IMG/VR virus record: IMGVR_UViG_3300010362_000056
Location: 1-36,877 of that record
DNA length: 36,877 nt
Origin: a virus
Taxonomy: Duplodnaviria > Caudoviricetes
Reading direction: 5' to 3' (one strand)
The position numbers and the translations under genes were made by a program. How positions within the stretch are numbered: the stretch's first letter is position 1; every line of letters starts with the position of its first letter. Below the pieces are notes generated by a model. It was not told the origin of the DNA. It did no database searches and saw only the letters and a program-made list of their open reading frames with translations. Shown in pieces: positions 15,156-24,614 of this stretch.

Positions 15156-16445
15156 TCACGTGTAGATCATTGAGTTGTTGTTGCCGACCTCGTTGAGAGT
15201 CGGCGGCGAGATCACACCGCTCGCCCCGCCGTTCAAGACCGCGCCGTTGACGCGGCACGAGGCGCCACCGCGGATATAGACCGAACCTTCGACGTTGCCT
15301 TGGAATGTGGCGAAGTCCGCCCAGCAGAAGCCGCCATCCATTTGCAGGCCCCAACCTTGGTTGAAGCGGCAGTAGGCGCCGCGCATATCGAGCGTCGAGG
15401 CGCCCGCGACGAAGATGCCACCGACATTGTTGCTATCAATCTGGCTGCCCACACCGCTGATGACGAATTGCGTGCCCTGATTCACGTGCAGCGCTCGGTT
15501 GGTCGGCGGCGGGTTATGGCCGCGGCAATCGACAAGCCAGACATGGACCAAGGTGCCCCATGTGTTCCAACCGCAAATGCCGTTACTACAAGTAATCCAC
15601 CACTGGTTGCCCGAATCCCACACACGGCCGCCGGTGACGACAATCCCAAAATTGTTGCAGAAGCACACCACGATCGAGAGCGAGGTCTGCGACAGAAGCT
15701 GGCACGAGTTGATGTTGATCCCGATGTGGCCCATGCCCCAAACGGCAACGCCATCAACCCACACATCGCCAAAGGCATCGATTCCGACTTGGTTGCCGGT
15801 CTGGCTGCCGGTGAGCAGCAGATAGCGCAGCGTCACGCCGTCACGATAGGTGATGAAGCCCGAGCTGCCGCCGGTGAAGATAAGCTCGGTCGCATACACC
15901 GAGCGCAGGTAGATGATTTGATTGGTGCCGTCGGTCGGCGAGTGAAAGCCCGTCACCGAGATGTTGGGCGGCAACGGCGACGCGCCCTTCAGCGCCGCGC
16001 CCTGGACCGCAATGCGGTTGGCGTTCGCGTGGTTGACCTCGATCGGCTCGACGTAGGTCCATTGCCCGCCCGCCACCAAGAACGTCACATATCCCGACGG
16101 CGTGATGACGTAGCGCGCAACCCACTCCATCGCGTCGATAAGATTGGGGAAATCCGCACCTGGTCCGTGCACGCTCTTGAAGATGTGCGTGGTGATGAAA
16201 CGCTGCGCAAACAAAATCTGCAGCGCTTTCCAGAGCTGTTCGAGATCGTCATGCGAGGGCGTTTGCGCCATGCCCTCGTCGGCGCCCGCCTTCATGATGA
16301 CGGTGAGTATCTCGATTTGCACTTCGTCGAACGCGCGCGCAGGCGGGATCGACCCGGCGGTGCCAGTAACCGGATTGCCGTTAATATATCTCGGGAAGGT
16401 GCCAAGTGGCGGCTCGGGGGTACCAAACGGTTGGTTATACCGCAC
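15156..16445 (-). CDS. Tail fibre/tailspike with probable parallel beta-helix
   Basis: Mu-like fibre N-terminus (YINGNPVTGTAGSIPPA...QIEIL...QLWKAL) followed by Gly/Asn-rich beta-strand repeats. Follows the baseplate genes. GGAG RBS with GTG start. Confidence 0.75.
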   Translation of the reverse strand: MRYNQPFGTPEPPLGTFPRYINGNPVTGTAGSIPPARAFDEVQIEILTVIMKAGADEGMAQTPSHDDLEQLWKALQILFAQRFITTHIFKSVHGPGADFPNLIDAMEWVARYVITPSGYVTFLVAGGQWTYVEPIEVNHANANRIAVQGAALKGASPLPPNISVTGFHSPTDGTNQIIYLRSVYATELIFTGGSSGFITYRDGVTLRYLLLTGSQTGNQVGIDAFGDVWVDGVAVWGMGHIGININSCQLLSQTSLSIVVCFCNNFGIVVTGGRVWDSGNQWWITCSNGICGWNTWGTLVHVWLVDCRGHNPPPTNRALHVNQGTQFVISGVGSQIDSNNVGGIFVAGASTLDMRGAYCRFNQGWGLQMDGGFCWADFATFQGNVEGSVYIRGGASCRVNGAVLNGGASGVISPPTLNEVGNNNSMIYT

Positions 16446-16495
16446 GTGACTACTCCACTGCTTTCGGGTTAGGCTTGAGGCGAGCGCGCACGACG

Positions 16496-16531
16496 TGCCG
16501 GTGCGATACAGAGACCCGGGTTGATTGAGCG
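16496..16531 (+). repeat. Solo 36-nt TIGR-like unit, antisense to the tail operon
   Basis: TGCCG-GTGCGATAC-AGAGACCCG-GGTTGATTG-AGCG in the intergenic gap 16446-16548. Confidence 0.65.
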
Positions 16532-16548
16532 GTGCGCGCTCTCACTCG

Positions 16549-17307
16549 CTACGGCGTGCCCGCCATTGGATCGCCCGGCAGCCCGGCGCCGCTGTAATCG
16601 AAAAGGACTTCTGTGTGTGCCGGTCGCCAGCGTCGGATGACACATTCGAGGTCGAGCGCGAGCGTGATGCGAAGATGTGGGTCGATGCCTGCCTGTCCGC
16701 GCGATGCGCGAAACCACACGAGGCCCAAGTCGGCCACATGGATGGTCCACGCAAACCGCATGACCGGGTCTCCGATTTGACACGGCCATTCACCGAGTGA
16801 TCCATCGGGCAGATACTCGCGATTGTCACCCGCACGATCGATGCCGACCATGAAGGGTCGGTACTCTGAGATCGTGATGTTGTCGTAGCCGAGAAATTTT
16901 CCGACGCCGATGAAGAACGCGCGCGACTGTGCGCCGAGCAGTGTCATGCGCAGCACGAGGTGGCGCTGGCGTTCACCGATGGTCAGCGGCCCGGCATAGC
17001 AGGGATCGGGCAGGCCCCAGTTGCGTTCCCAATCGTCGAGGAGCCCGTCGGGCATTCCGTTGGGCAGGATCACGTCGGTTGCTTGCCGCGGGTCGCTTTC
17101 GCGTTCGAGGAGGTCGGCGGCGCGGCCGTCGGCCCAACCGAAGATGCCTGCGAGCCCATAGACGACCTTCATCAGCACGGTCTCGGGCCAGCGTGGCCAT
17201 GCGATGCCTTGTGGCAACAGCATCGAGAGCGCGTGCGCGTATTCGGGTTGGCCGCGCCGGATGTGGCGGTCGATCGGCTTGGGGAATTCCGTGAAGGGTG
17301 TGGTCAT
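16549..17307 (-). CDS. Baseplate wedge protein, Mu gp48/YmfQ (DUF2313)-like
   Basis: LLPQGIAWPR...LLERESDP...LDDWERNWGLPD...LECVIRRWRPAHT. Confidence 0.85.
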   Translation of the reverse strand: MTTPFTEFPKPIDRHIRRGQPEYAHALSMLLPQGIAWPRWPETVLMKVVYGLAGIFGWADGRAADLLERESDPRQATDVILPNGMPDGLLDDWERNWGLPDPCYAGPLTIGERQRHLVLRMTLLGAQSRAFFIGVGKFLGYDNITISEYRPFMVGIDRAGDNREYLPDGSLGEWPCQIGDPVMRFAWTIHVADLGLVWFRASRGQAGIDPHLRITLALDLECVIRRWRPAHTEVLFDYSGAGLPGDPMAGTP

Positions 17308-18404
17308 GGCTCGGGGTAGGTGATGGTGCCGAGCACGGCGAGGCAGCCGTTATGTGGCATGACGTGATCGCTCATCGTCAGATTGAAGTCGTTGGTCACC
17401 CGGTTGATCGCCTCGGCGACCCATGACGCCATGATCGTGACCGGCGGGAAGAGTTCGCCGTTGATGGCGTGCGCCGGTGCTGATTTGTCGTGCAGCATGG
17501 CGGCGACGCTGTTGGCGACCTGACTGCGCAAGGTGAGCGAGTCGTGTGTGAGCGAGAGATTGAAGTCGATCGGTTCGGGCACGGGGCCTTCGACGAAGAA
17601 GTCGCGGACGGCGACCGGGCGCACGGTGTCGATGTAGTCCTTGACGATCTTGACGTCTTCCGGTGTCGGGAAGCCGCCGTTATCGGCGCGGAGCGCGTCG
17701 CACATGAAGCGCACGGTCACGGTGCCCATGCCCATCTCGCGCGGTGCGCACCATGCCCGGGTGACGGATGGAATCGACATGGCCCAGGCCACATAGTCGT
17801 CGGCGTCGCCGCCCATGGGCGGTTTGCGGATGCGTTCGAGGATGCGTGCGCGGAGCTGCTCGTCGGTCTCGACCTCGGTGCCGCCACGCAGGTCGACGAC
17901 GGTGACGGTGCCTGAGACGCCGGTGACGGGTGTCCCGAGCGCGAGCAGGGTGCCTGCCGGTTGATTGCCTGCGCTCCCGGGCGTGAGCGCGCGCACGGCG
18001 ACTTGCACCGGCTCGGTGGCGAGCGTGATGAATTCGAGGGTCTCGTAGCTCTGTCCGTTGGGCGCGATCACGACGGTGCCCTCGGGCACGACGATGCCGG
18101 GCACGCCGGTGAAGCTCACCGTACCGGAGGCTCGTGTTGCGTTCTTACGGCCGAGCGAGCCGTCGGCGTTGACCAGCCAGATTTGCCCATGGCGATCGAG
18201 CCATTCCCGCTCGGCGGTGTCGGGCATCAATTGCAGCGCGAGCCAGTCGAGATATTTCAGGATCAACCGCGCGAGCCCGGCCTGGGCGTCCGACATGACC
18301 CGCAGCACAGTGTTGCCGACGATCACCGCGCCTTCGAGCGACATGGTGATGTCGTTGCGAACTTGCTCGCGCACTTGCCGCAATGTCGGTGTGAACCAAG
18401 GCAT
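17304..18404 (-). CDS. Baseplate J-like protein (Mu gp47-like)
   Basis: PDTAEREWLDRHG...ETDEQLRARILERIRKPPMGGDADDYVAWA. Confidence 0.9.
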   Translation of the reverse strand: MPWFTPTLRQVREQVRNDITMSLEGAVIVGNTVLRVMSDAQAGLARLILKYLDWLALQLMPDTAEREWLDRHGQIWLVNADGSLGRKNATRASGTVSFTGVPGIVVPEGTVVIAPNGQSYETLEFITLATEPVQVAVRALTPGSAGNQPAGTLLALGTPVTGVSGTVTVVDLRGGTEVETDEQLRARILERIRKPPMGGDADDYVAWAMSIPSVTRAWCAPREMGMGTVTVRFMCDALRADNGGFPTPEDVKIVKDYIDTVRPVAVRDFFVEGPVPEPIDFNLSLTHDSLTLRSQVANSVAAMLHDKSAPAHAINGELFPPVTIMASWVAEAINRVTNDFNLTMSDHVMPHNGCLAVLGTITYPEP

Positions 18405-18901
18405 CAGGCCTCCCGAATTTCAGCCCACAGGTCCTGAAAGATCAGCTCGATATCGGGGTCGGGTCTGCGGTAGAGGATGACTTGCACATCGATCCGTTGC
18501 AGCCCGACGCGTGCGGCGTAGACGTCGATGGCGCTCACCATGCGCATCTCGACGAGCGGCTGCAGCGCTTCGCGGGTGTAGTTCTCAGCCCGTACCACGG
18601 TGTCGCCTTCGAAGGCGTCGATGCCGGTGATCTTGGCGCGGGTGAGCAGCCAGTTCTTGGTGCCGATCGGCCAGCCGCGCCAGATTTCACCTGCTTCGAG
18701 ATCGCCCCACCAGCCGCGGCGATCGTCACTGTCGGGATCGGGCCGGGTCTCGGTCTCGGACGAGAGCCGATCGGTCATGATCGCGACCTTGACGTAGTTC
18801 GCCAGCTCCTCGCTTTCGTCGAGCGTGCCGTCCGGTTTGAGGAGCCAGTCGGCGACGGTCTCGCGCAGCGTGGCTTTAGAGACGATTCGGACGTCCGACA
18901 T
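18404..18901 (-). CDS. Mu gp46-like baseplate protein
   Basis: DDRRGWWGD...IGTKNWLLTRAK...AENYTREALQPLV. Confidence 0.85.
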   Translation of the reverse strand: MSDVRIVSKATLRETVADWLLKPDGTLDESEELANYVKVAIMTDRLSSETETRPDPDSDDRRGWWGDLEAGEIWRGWPIGTKNWLLTRAKITGIDAFEGDTVVRAENYTREALQPLVEMRMVSAIDVYAARVGLQRIDVQVILYRRPDPDIELIFQDLWAEIREA

Positions 18902-20135
18902 TGCTCAGCACTCGAATGGTCGTGGGACAGAAGGCGGGGTGAATGATGTCGTTCTCGTCCTCGATCTCTTCGTAGCGTGAGGCGTCCTGATAGATGCGAT
19001 TGGCGAGGTAGAGCGACGGCATCGGGACCTGGGTTGAGTAGCCGACGAAGCGCGGAAGCTGCAGCTCGATCGAGCCGAGATGGTTGATCAGTGCACCGCC
19101 GAGCGCGGTGATGGTCTGGTAGACGATGGCGTCGATATCGTCGACCGCGAGCTGCTGTGCCTGATCGAACATATCGCGCACGTGCAGGATCATGTTGTGC
19201 ACCTGCTCCTTGGTCTTGAAGCGCATGCGCGAGATGATTTTCGATTGCAGCGCGAGCGTCATCACGAGGATCGGGCGCAGCAGCATTTGCGTGATGAGCG
19301 AGTTGCTCGTGGCCGCCGACATGACGAACACGCGCGTTGCCTCGATTCCGCGGTAGGTTGCGCCAGCGAGGTTGGCGTCGAGATTGATTTGCTCAAGCTC
19401 GGCACCGAGCCCGGGGCTGCGGACGGCTTGGTCGGCGCGTGCCCGGAGCGAGGCGATCTCGCCGCGCACCTTGTTGATCTCGTCGGTAGTGCCGGACGGA
19501 ATCGAGGCGAGGAGGTGGTCGAGGTACTGCCGCAGGAAGTCCGAGGCCTCCTGTGCCTGCGTGTAGAACGACGGCGGGAAGGTCGGCGGCCGGACGTCCT
19601 GCGTGAAGCGCGGGAAGCCGAACGAGGGCGAGCCGGTCCAGTACGCATTGACCCGCAGCGCGTAGGTGATGAGCAAAACGGGCGGCGGATCGCCATAGGT
19701 TGGATCACCGACCCAATAGGGGTCCGCCGTCAGTTGGGCGTTGAAGGCAAGCCGTGGTGCACCGAAGTCGGGCGAGCCGGTCGCGCTCGCGTTGGCCAAG
19801 AGCACGAGATTGCGAACGATCGCCGGGGTGCCGAATTGCGGGCGCTGCGTCCAATACGGCGCGACTGCAAAATTGTGCACCTGCCGCATGATCGGAGCGC
19901 CGAAGGTCGGCGAGCCGACGACGTAGGCGTTGGCATGCAGCGTGATCGTTTGCGCTGCAAGCACCGGCGTGGCGAATTGCGGCGAGCCGGTCCAGTAGGC
20001 ATTCGCCGAGAGCGCTACCGCGAGCGCTGGTGTTGCGAATTGCGGCGAGCCGAGCGTGTAGGTCGGTGCAATGAAGATGAAGCCGACCTGAAAGGCGTTG
20101 TTCTGAAATGCGTCGACTTGGAAGCCGGAAGGCAT
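18876..20135 (-). CDS. Repeat-containing protein fused to the C-terminal part of a Mu N/gp43-like DNA circularisation (tail hub) protein
   Basis: About 8 N-terminal repeats of YxxGSPxFxxP. C-terminus MPSLYLANRIYQDASRYEEI...IIHPAFCP resembles the Mu N-like C-terminus. Confidence 0.7.
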   Translation of the reverse strand: MPSGFQVDAFQNNAFQVGFIFIAPTYTLGSPQFATPALAVALSANAYWTGSPQFATPVLAAQTITLHANAYVVGSPTFGAPIMRQVHNFAVAPYWTQRPQFGTPAIVRNLVLLANASATGSPDFGAPRLAFNAQLTADPYWVGDPTYGDPPPVLLITYALRVNAYWTGSPSFGFPRFTQDVRPPTFPPSFYTQAQEASDFLRQYLDHLLASIPSGTTDEINKVRGEIASLRARADQAVRSPGLGAELEQINLDANLAGATYRGIEATRVFVMSAATSNSLITQMLLRPILVMTLALQSKIISRMRFKTKEQVHNMILHVRDMFDQAQQLAVDDIDAIVYQTITALGGALINHLGSIELQLPRFVGYSTQVPMPSLYLANRIYQDASRYEEIEDENDIIHPAFCPTTIRVLSNVGRPNRL

Positions 20136-20136
20136 G

Positions 20137-21414
20137 TCAACCGATCATGCCGTGGATGGCGCCGCTATACGTCGCGCCCGCCGCAGTCGTGTGGCCCATA
20201 AAATCAAAGAAGGCTCCTCCCTCTGCTGGCATGACGACGCCCATCACGGCAGGGCTGCCAGCATCAGTGACGACCTGAGTTTGCGTCGCAGCCACTACAA
20301 AAGGTGACGGCGAGCCGTTCATCCCGATTCCGGCGCTGATGATCACGGGTGCGGTCGACGAGTTGGACACCTGCAAATTGGTAAGCCCGACCCAGATCGC
20401 CTCGTCGGCCCATTTCAACATGATCACGCGCGAGGTTGGACTATTCAGAGGCACCCAGCCGCCGGGCGTATTCAGCACGAATCCGGTTGTTGAGGTGGCA
20501 ATGAAATGAACGCGGACGCGGTTGAACCAAGTGCGGACCTGCCGGAAGTTGGGCGCGTCAACAAATTGGTTCGCACCCGTTGTTGAGACCATGCCGACGA
20601 GCGTGCGGGTATTGTCGCCGGTGCGGATTTCAACGCCCACATTGCCGGGCGTCGCGCTGGCCGAATGATTGCCAGCGCCACCAGCGATGGACCAGAAGTC
20701 GAGCGCGAGCGTTCCGGCATTGTTGAACGCATAGACGAAATACGAGGTGCTAGCCGCCAGCGCCCCGGCAACACCGGCGACGAAGGTGCCGCTTGGTGTT
20801 GCAGTTATTCCCGCAGCCGGGATGTCGTAGATCAGGCCGTCAATCTTGATCTTGTTGCCGAGGAACGGGACGAACGACACCGTGTTCGCATCGACCCACA
20901 CAAACCGTCCGCTCGTCGGGATCGCGCTATTGGGATGGACGTGATCCGCACGCGCCCAACGCAGCGCCGTGCCGACCTGTGCGACACCGGCGTCGGGCAA
21001 CGGCGCAACGACGGCTTGTCCGCGCGTCACGATCGCGGCGTAGTTCGTGCCGTCCGAGAAGATGATGGCGTTGTCGCTCTGCTGCAGGACAAGCGACGAG
21101 GTCTCGTTGATGGTCGAGGTCGTCGGCGTGATGGTGACGGTGCCAGCGCCGCGAGTGCGGATGAACGTCACCCAACCATTCGGGAATCCGGCACTGCCCG
21201 CCTGCGGCAAGGTGGCGGCGACGGCGAGCGGCGAATTGTATTGCACGAGCGCCATGTGATCGGCGGCAACGAACGTATCCGTTGTGGCCGTGACGACGCG
21301 GCTGCCGAGCCAGAGGTCGTGGTCGTCATTCCAGTTCGACGGGCGCACGATGCTCGTGTTGGAGTCGTCCGCGATCGTCGAATTGAATTTGTGCTTGAGC
21401 GACTTGGCAGCCAT
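20137..21414 (-). CDS. Putative fibre/structural protein
   Basis: Thr/Gly/Ala-rich beta-type sequence. WARADHVHP motif resembles those seen in phage fibres. Confidence 0.6.
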   Translation of the reverse strand: MAAKSLKHKFNSTIADDSNTSIVRPSNWNDDHDLWLGSRVVTATTDTFVAADHMALVQYNSPLAVAATLPQAGSAGFPNGWVTFIRTRGAGTVTITPTTSTINETSSLVLQQSDNAIIFSDGTNYAAIVTRGQAVVAPLPDAGVAQVGTALRWARADHVHPNSAIPTSGRFVWVDANTVSFVPFLGNKIKIDGLIYDIPAAGITATPSGTFVAGVAGALAASTSYFVYAFNNAGTLALDFWSIAGGAGNHSASATPGNVGVEIRTGDNTRTLVGMVSTTGANQFVDAPNFRQVRTWFNRVRVHFIATSTTGFVLNTPGGWVPLNSPTSRVIMLKWADEAIWVGLTNLQVSNSSTAPVIISAGIGMNGSPSPFVVAATQTQVVTDAGSPAVMGVVMPAEGGAFFDFMGHTTAAGATYSGAIHGMIG

Positions 21415-21427
21415 GGGGTGCCTCTAA

Positions 21428-21808
21428 TCAGGAGCCCGGAATCCCGAAGTCGAAGGCTGGCAAGCTGAAGACGTTACCCGCGGCGACCGCCTGGGGGGCG
21501 GCGAGGTCATTGTCGACGAGGAGCCGCGAGTTGACGCTGTCGACGAGTGCCCAGCGTGCGGCGTTACCGGCGCCGGTGACGACGCCATCGGTGACCGCCA
21601 CGGTCGTGACCTTGCGGCCGTTGGGCGTGCGATCGAACGGACCGGTGAGCGTGTTGCCCGCGCCGAAGTTCTTGTTGCCGAGGGCCAAGGTCGTGGTTGC
21701 TTCGGCGAACGACGTCGGCTCGGCCGAGCAGATATAGATGTGGGTCGCAGTTGCCCGAAGCTGCCCGAGCCCGTTGTCGAGCACCCACGCGTTGACCTTT
21801 CCTGCCAT
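21428..21808 (-). CDS. Small virion structural protein (fibre-subunit-like)
   Basis: 126-aa beta-rich ORF with AGGAGG RBS inside the tail module. Confidence 0.6.
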   Translation of the reverse strand: MAGKVNAWVLDNGLGQLRATATHIYICSAEPTSFAEATTTLALGNKNFGAGNTLTGPFDRTPNGRKVTTVAVTDGVVTGAGNAARWALVDSVNSRLLVDNDLAAPQAVAAGNVFSLPAFDFGIPGS

Positions 21809-21825
21809 GGCTTAAGCCTCCTGTT

Positions 21826-22530
21826 TCAAGGATTTCTGCCGATGTCCTCGATGCCGAGCTGCTGGTCGAGCGATTGGCCTGCGGCATCGGTTGCGGCATC
21901 GGCGGCCGTATTGACGCTTCCGGCCGTATCGACTTGCGGCTGGTTATTGCCGGGGATGCCTGCCTCGACGAACGACATATCGAGAGTGGCGAAGCCGCCG
22001 CGCTCGCGCGATTCGACGATCGTGTAGCGCTCGCACATGAACAGCAGCGGACCTTGCCCGGTGTAGCCGGTGAGCGTGAGCACCGGGTTGTACGGATCGA
22101 GCAGGACGCCGGGCGATTTCTCCATCAAGCGCGCTTCGAGCTGGTCACGTGCCGTGTCGTAATCGCGCGGCATGTTGCCCCGATAGGCGGGCGGCGGGCG
22201 GCGCGAGAGCTGCACCCCGAATTGCTGCACCTCGGTGCGGCGGTCCTCGATGTTCTCCGACAAGGGCAGATTGGCGAAGCGATCGAATTGCCCCGACGCC
22301 GCGGGCGGCGCTTGGATCAGATAGCCGGTCATCTGATAGCGCAGGGCATGGCGCCCCATGTCCTCGGCGTAGGGCATGTCGCGCTTGGGATACTCATGGA
22401 CGACGGTGCGGCGCCCCGAGCTGCGGCCTTGTTGCTCGACGTAGAACGGCGCGCCCTTGAACGAGGCCATTTGCAGGCGCTTGCGCCAACGCGGATCGCT
22501 GCGCGGGTCGCCTCTGCTCGGAATCGCCAT
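21826..22530 (-). CDS. DNA circularisation protein N-terminal domain (Mu N/gp43-like)
   Basis: WRKRLQMASFKGAPFYV...GRRTVVHEYPKRD.PYAEDMGR...FVEAG. Confidence 0.85.
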   Translation of the reverse strand: MAIPSRGDPRSDPRWRKRLQMASFKGAPFYVEQQGRSSGRRTVVHEYPKRDMPYAEDMGRHALRYQMTGYLIQAPPAASGQFDRFANLPLSENIEDRRTEVQQFGVQLSRRPPPAYRGNMPRDYDTARDQLEARLMEKSPGVLLDPYNPVLTLTGYTGQGPLLFMCERYTIVESRERGGFATLDMSFVEAGIPGNNQPQVDTAGSVNTAADAATDAAGQSLDQQLGIEDIGRNP

Positions 22531-22533
22531 TGG

Positions 22534-23427
22534 CTACTCGGGCGGGTCCGGCGGGCTCTTCTGCTGGATCGGCTTCGATGACCAGATGCCGTCCTTGTCG
22601 ATCCAGACCGCGTCCTCGCCGAAGCGGAGAAGCGTCCATTCCTTGGTGCCCTCGTAGGCTTTCTTGTTGTCGCCTTCGAGATGGAAGCCCCAGCGCTTCG
22701 CTTCTTTGTCGTAATAGCCGTTCACACCGTCGCCGACGCGGAATTCCATACGGCTTTTGTTGACGCGAAACTCGGTGTTGACCGTCTCGCCTTCGTGCTT
22801 GTAGCGGTCCTCTTCGCGCACTTGCTGACCGGGCTGGCGTTTCTGCGGCTTGCGATCCTGCTTCTTCTTCTCGACGTGGCGGATCGAGACCATGCGCTTT
22901 TGCTTTTCCTGCTGGCCGTTGCCTGCCGTCGGCGTCGTGCCGCCGCCCTGCTGCTCATCCTGATCGTCGCAAGAGAGCATGTAGACGCCATTGGCCTTGT
23001 GCAGCACCATTTGACCCGAGCCGTCGGGCGCGTAGTGCGCGCCTTCGCCTTCCTGCATGTCGTAGGGACGCACGCGCCGGTCGTCGATGCCGATGCACAC
23101 CGGGTGATCACGCTGACCGTTGGGATAGAGCATCATGCCCTCGGCCGACGGCTCCTTCGGCTGGTCGTTATTCCACTCCTCACCGCCACCGTTGCCGCCC
23201 TGTTGCTGACCTTGCTGTTGCTGCTGCTGTTGTCGTTGATCCTGCTTCTTGGGCACCGCGGTAATGCCGAGCGGCTGGAAGCGCTCGAAGTCGGTCGGCG
23301 TTTCCGAGTGGTGCACGTCGGCCTGCTTGATCTCCTGCATGAGATGGTTGTCGTCACACTCACGGATCGTGCAACGCGAGACCGTGTTCGTGGCGCGGCG
23401 GAAAGCTTCGCGGGTGTTGGTGCGCAT
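22534..23427 (-). CDS. Baseplate spike, Mu gp45-like
   Basis: ERFQPLGITAVP...GQRDHPVCIGIDDRRVRP...EGEGAHY. Contains a poly-Gln insertion. Confidence 0.8.
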   Translation of the reverse strand: MRTNTREAFRRATNTVSRCTIRECDDNHLMQEIKQADVHHSETPTDFERFQPLGITAVPKKQDQRQQQQQQQGQQQGGNGGGEEWNNDQPKEPSAEGMMLYPNGQRDHPVCIGIDDRRVRPYDMQEGEGAHYAPDGSGQMVLHKANGVYMLSCDDQDEQQGGGTTPTAGNGQQEKQKRMVSIRHVEKKKQDRKPQKRQPGQQVREEDRYKHEGETVNTEFRVNKSRMEFRVGDGVNGYYDKEAKRWGFHLEGDNKKAYEGTKEWTLLRFGEDAVWIDKDGIWSSKPIQQKSPPDPPE

Positions 23428-23430
23428 GCC

Positions 23431-24609
23431 TTATTGCCCTTGTGGTGTGAGATCGCGGCCTCGCGACAAATCTTCCTCGCGTTTCAATTCGAGCGTGGCG
23501 CGAGTACCGTTTTGATTATCCTGCGTGAAGGTCACGGCCTTCACGACCAACATCTCGTTCATGATCAGCATCGGCGAGTCGACGAACACCGTGTCCCACG
23601 GTCGCCACAACCCGCCGGTCGGCCGCTGCCAGCCGAGCTGCGTGATGGTCACCGTCACCTCGGTGTCGGCGGAAATCTTCGCCTCGAACTTCTGGCGGTT
23701 CTTGAGCATGTCGACGGTCCAGCCCGGGATTTCACCGAGCTGGCGCAGCGTCTTGGGCAGCGTGAGGCCGGGCGTGCCGAAGTTGGAGCCCTCGACATGG
23801 CGGCCATGGGTCGGGTCACCGCCCCACTGATCATCGTTGCCGGGCGCTTGTGAGAACGTGCCCTGCGATGTTGCGGCCGTCTTGCTGTGCAGGACTTCGC
23901 GGCCGATCAGGATATTGCGACCTTCGATCAGTTGCGCCGGTCCGCTGGTGAAGGCGCCCGGTCCGGCCAGCGTCAACGCGCCGAACTTGTTCGGACCGAA
24001 CAGCACGCCGACTTGGCGCGAATATTTTTCGAGCGCCTCGCGCACCGTCTCGGTCGTGAGCGACACGCGCGGGAATTTGAAATCCGGCAGCTTGCCCAGC
24101 GTCTGGATGCGCACGCCGGACGAGGCCGAGAGCGCGTTGGCCAGCTCCTGCAGGGTGATGTTCTTGAACTCGTTGGTCTTGAGCTTGGCTGTGGTGTCGC
24201 CGAGGATTCCGGAATCGCCCTGGCCCTGAATTTCAACGACGTGCTGCGTGGCGTCGTATGCGACTTGCCGCTCGACCACGGAGCCCGAGATCGCAAGCTC
24301 GCCGTCGAGATAGATCGCGCATTTCTGCCCAGGCCGGATGCGCAGGAAGGCCCACGACTCGGCGAACGGCGTTTGCTCGGTGCAGGTGAAGCGGAAGGTT
24401 TCGAGCGGGTCCTCCTGCAGCGCAAGCCGCACCGACACCGACGTCCATTCCCAATAGCGCATGCCGTCGATGACCACGACGGCGACCGTGAGCGGCATCG
24501 GCGGCAGCAGGAATTCGTCGAAGTGCCTCGCAGGCCCAGGCGCGCCGGGAGTGGCCGTCGGCGCGGTGACCTCGATCTCGTCAAGAGGGATCGGATCGCC
24601 GTTCGCCAT
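23431..24609 (-). CDS. Baseplate hub, Mu gp44/P-like
   Basis: DGMRYWEWTSVSV...PGQKCAIYLDGELAISG...GWQRPTGGLWRP...GTRATLEL. Confidence 0.85.
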   Translation of the reverse strand: MANGDPIPLDEIEVTAPTATPGAPGPARHFDEFLLPPMPLTVAVVVIDGMRYWEWTSVSVRLALQEDPLETFRFTCTEQTPFAESWAFLRIRPGQKCAIYLDGELAISGSVVERQVAYDATQHVVEIQGQGDSGILGDTTAKLKTNEFKNITLQELANALSASSGVRIQTLGKLPDFKFPRVSLTTETVREALEKYSRQVGVLFGPNKFGALTLAGPGAFTSGPAQLIEGRNILIGREVLHSKTAATSQGTFSQAPGNDDQWGGDPTHGRHVEGSNFGTPGLTLPKTLRQLGEIPGWTVDMLKNRQKFEAKISADTEVTVTITQLGWQRPTGGLWRPWDTVFVDSPMLIMNEMLVVKAVTFTQDNQNGTRATLELKREEDLSRGRDLTPQGQ

Positions 24610-24614
24610 TCAAA

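Noticed and set aside
20013-20032. Possible self-target of the guide CGCTACCGC/AACCAGCGA (exact A match, then GCGCTGGTG versus the expected TCGCTGGTT)
   Set aside because: It needs a 2-nt gap and two mismatches, which is plausible by chance in GC-rich DNA. Other spot checks (CTCGGCATT, GGGATCGGC, CGTTCGAGA) had no adjacent B match. I could not do an exhaustive search.
19590-20060. Recurrent GGCGAGCCG on the + strand resembling the edge repeat
   Set aside because: It is the antisense of the Gly-Ser-Pro codons in the protein repeat. There is no AGAGACCCG partner or 36-nt period.
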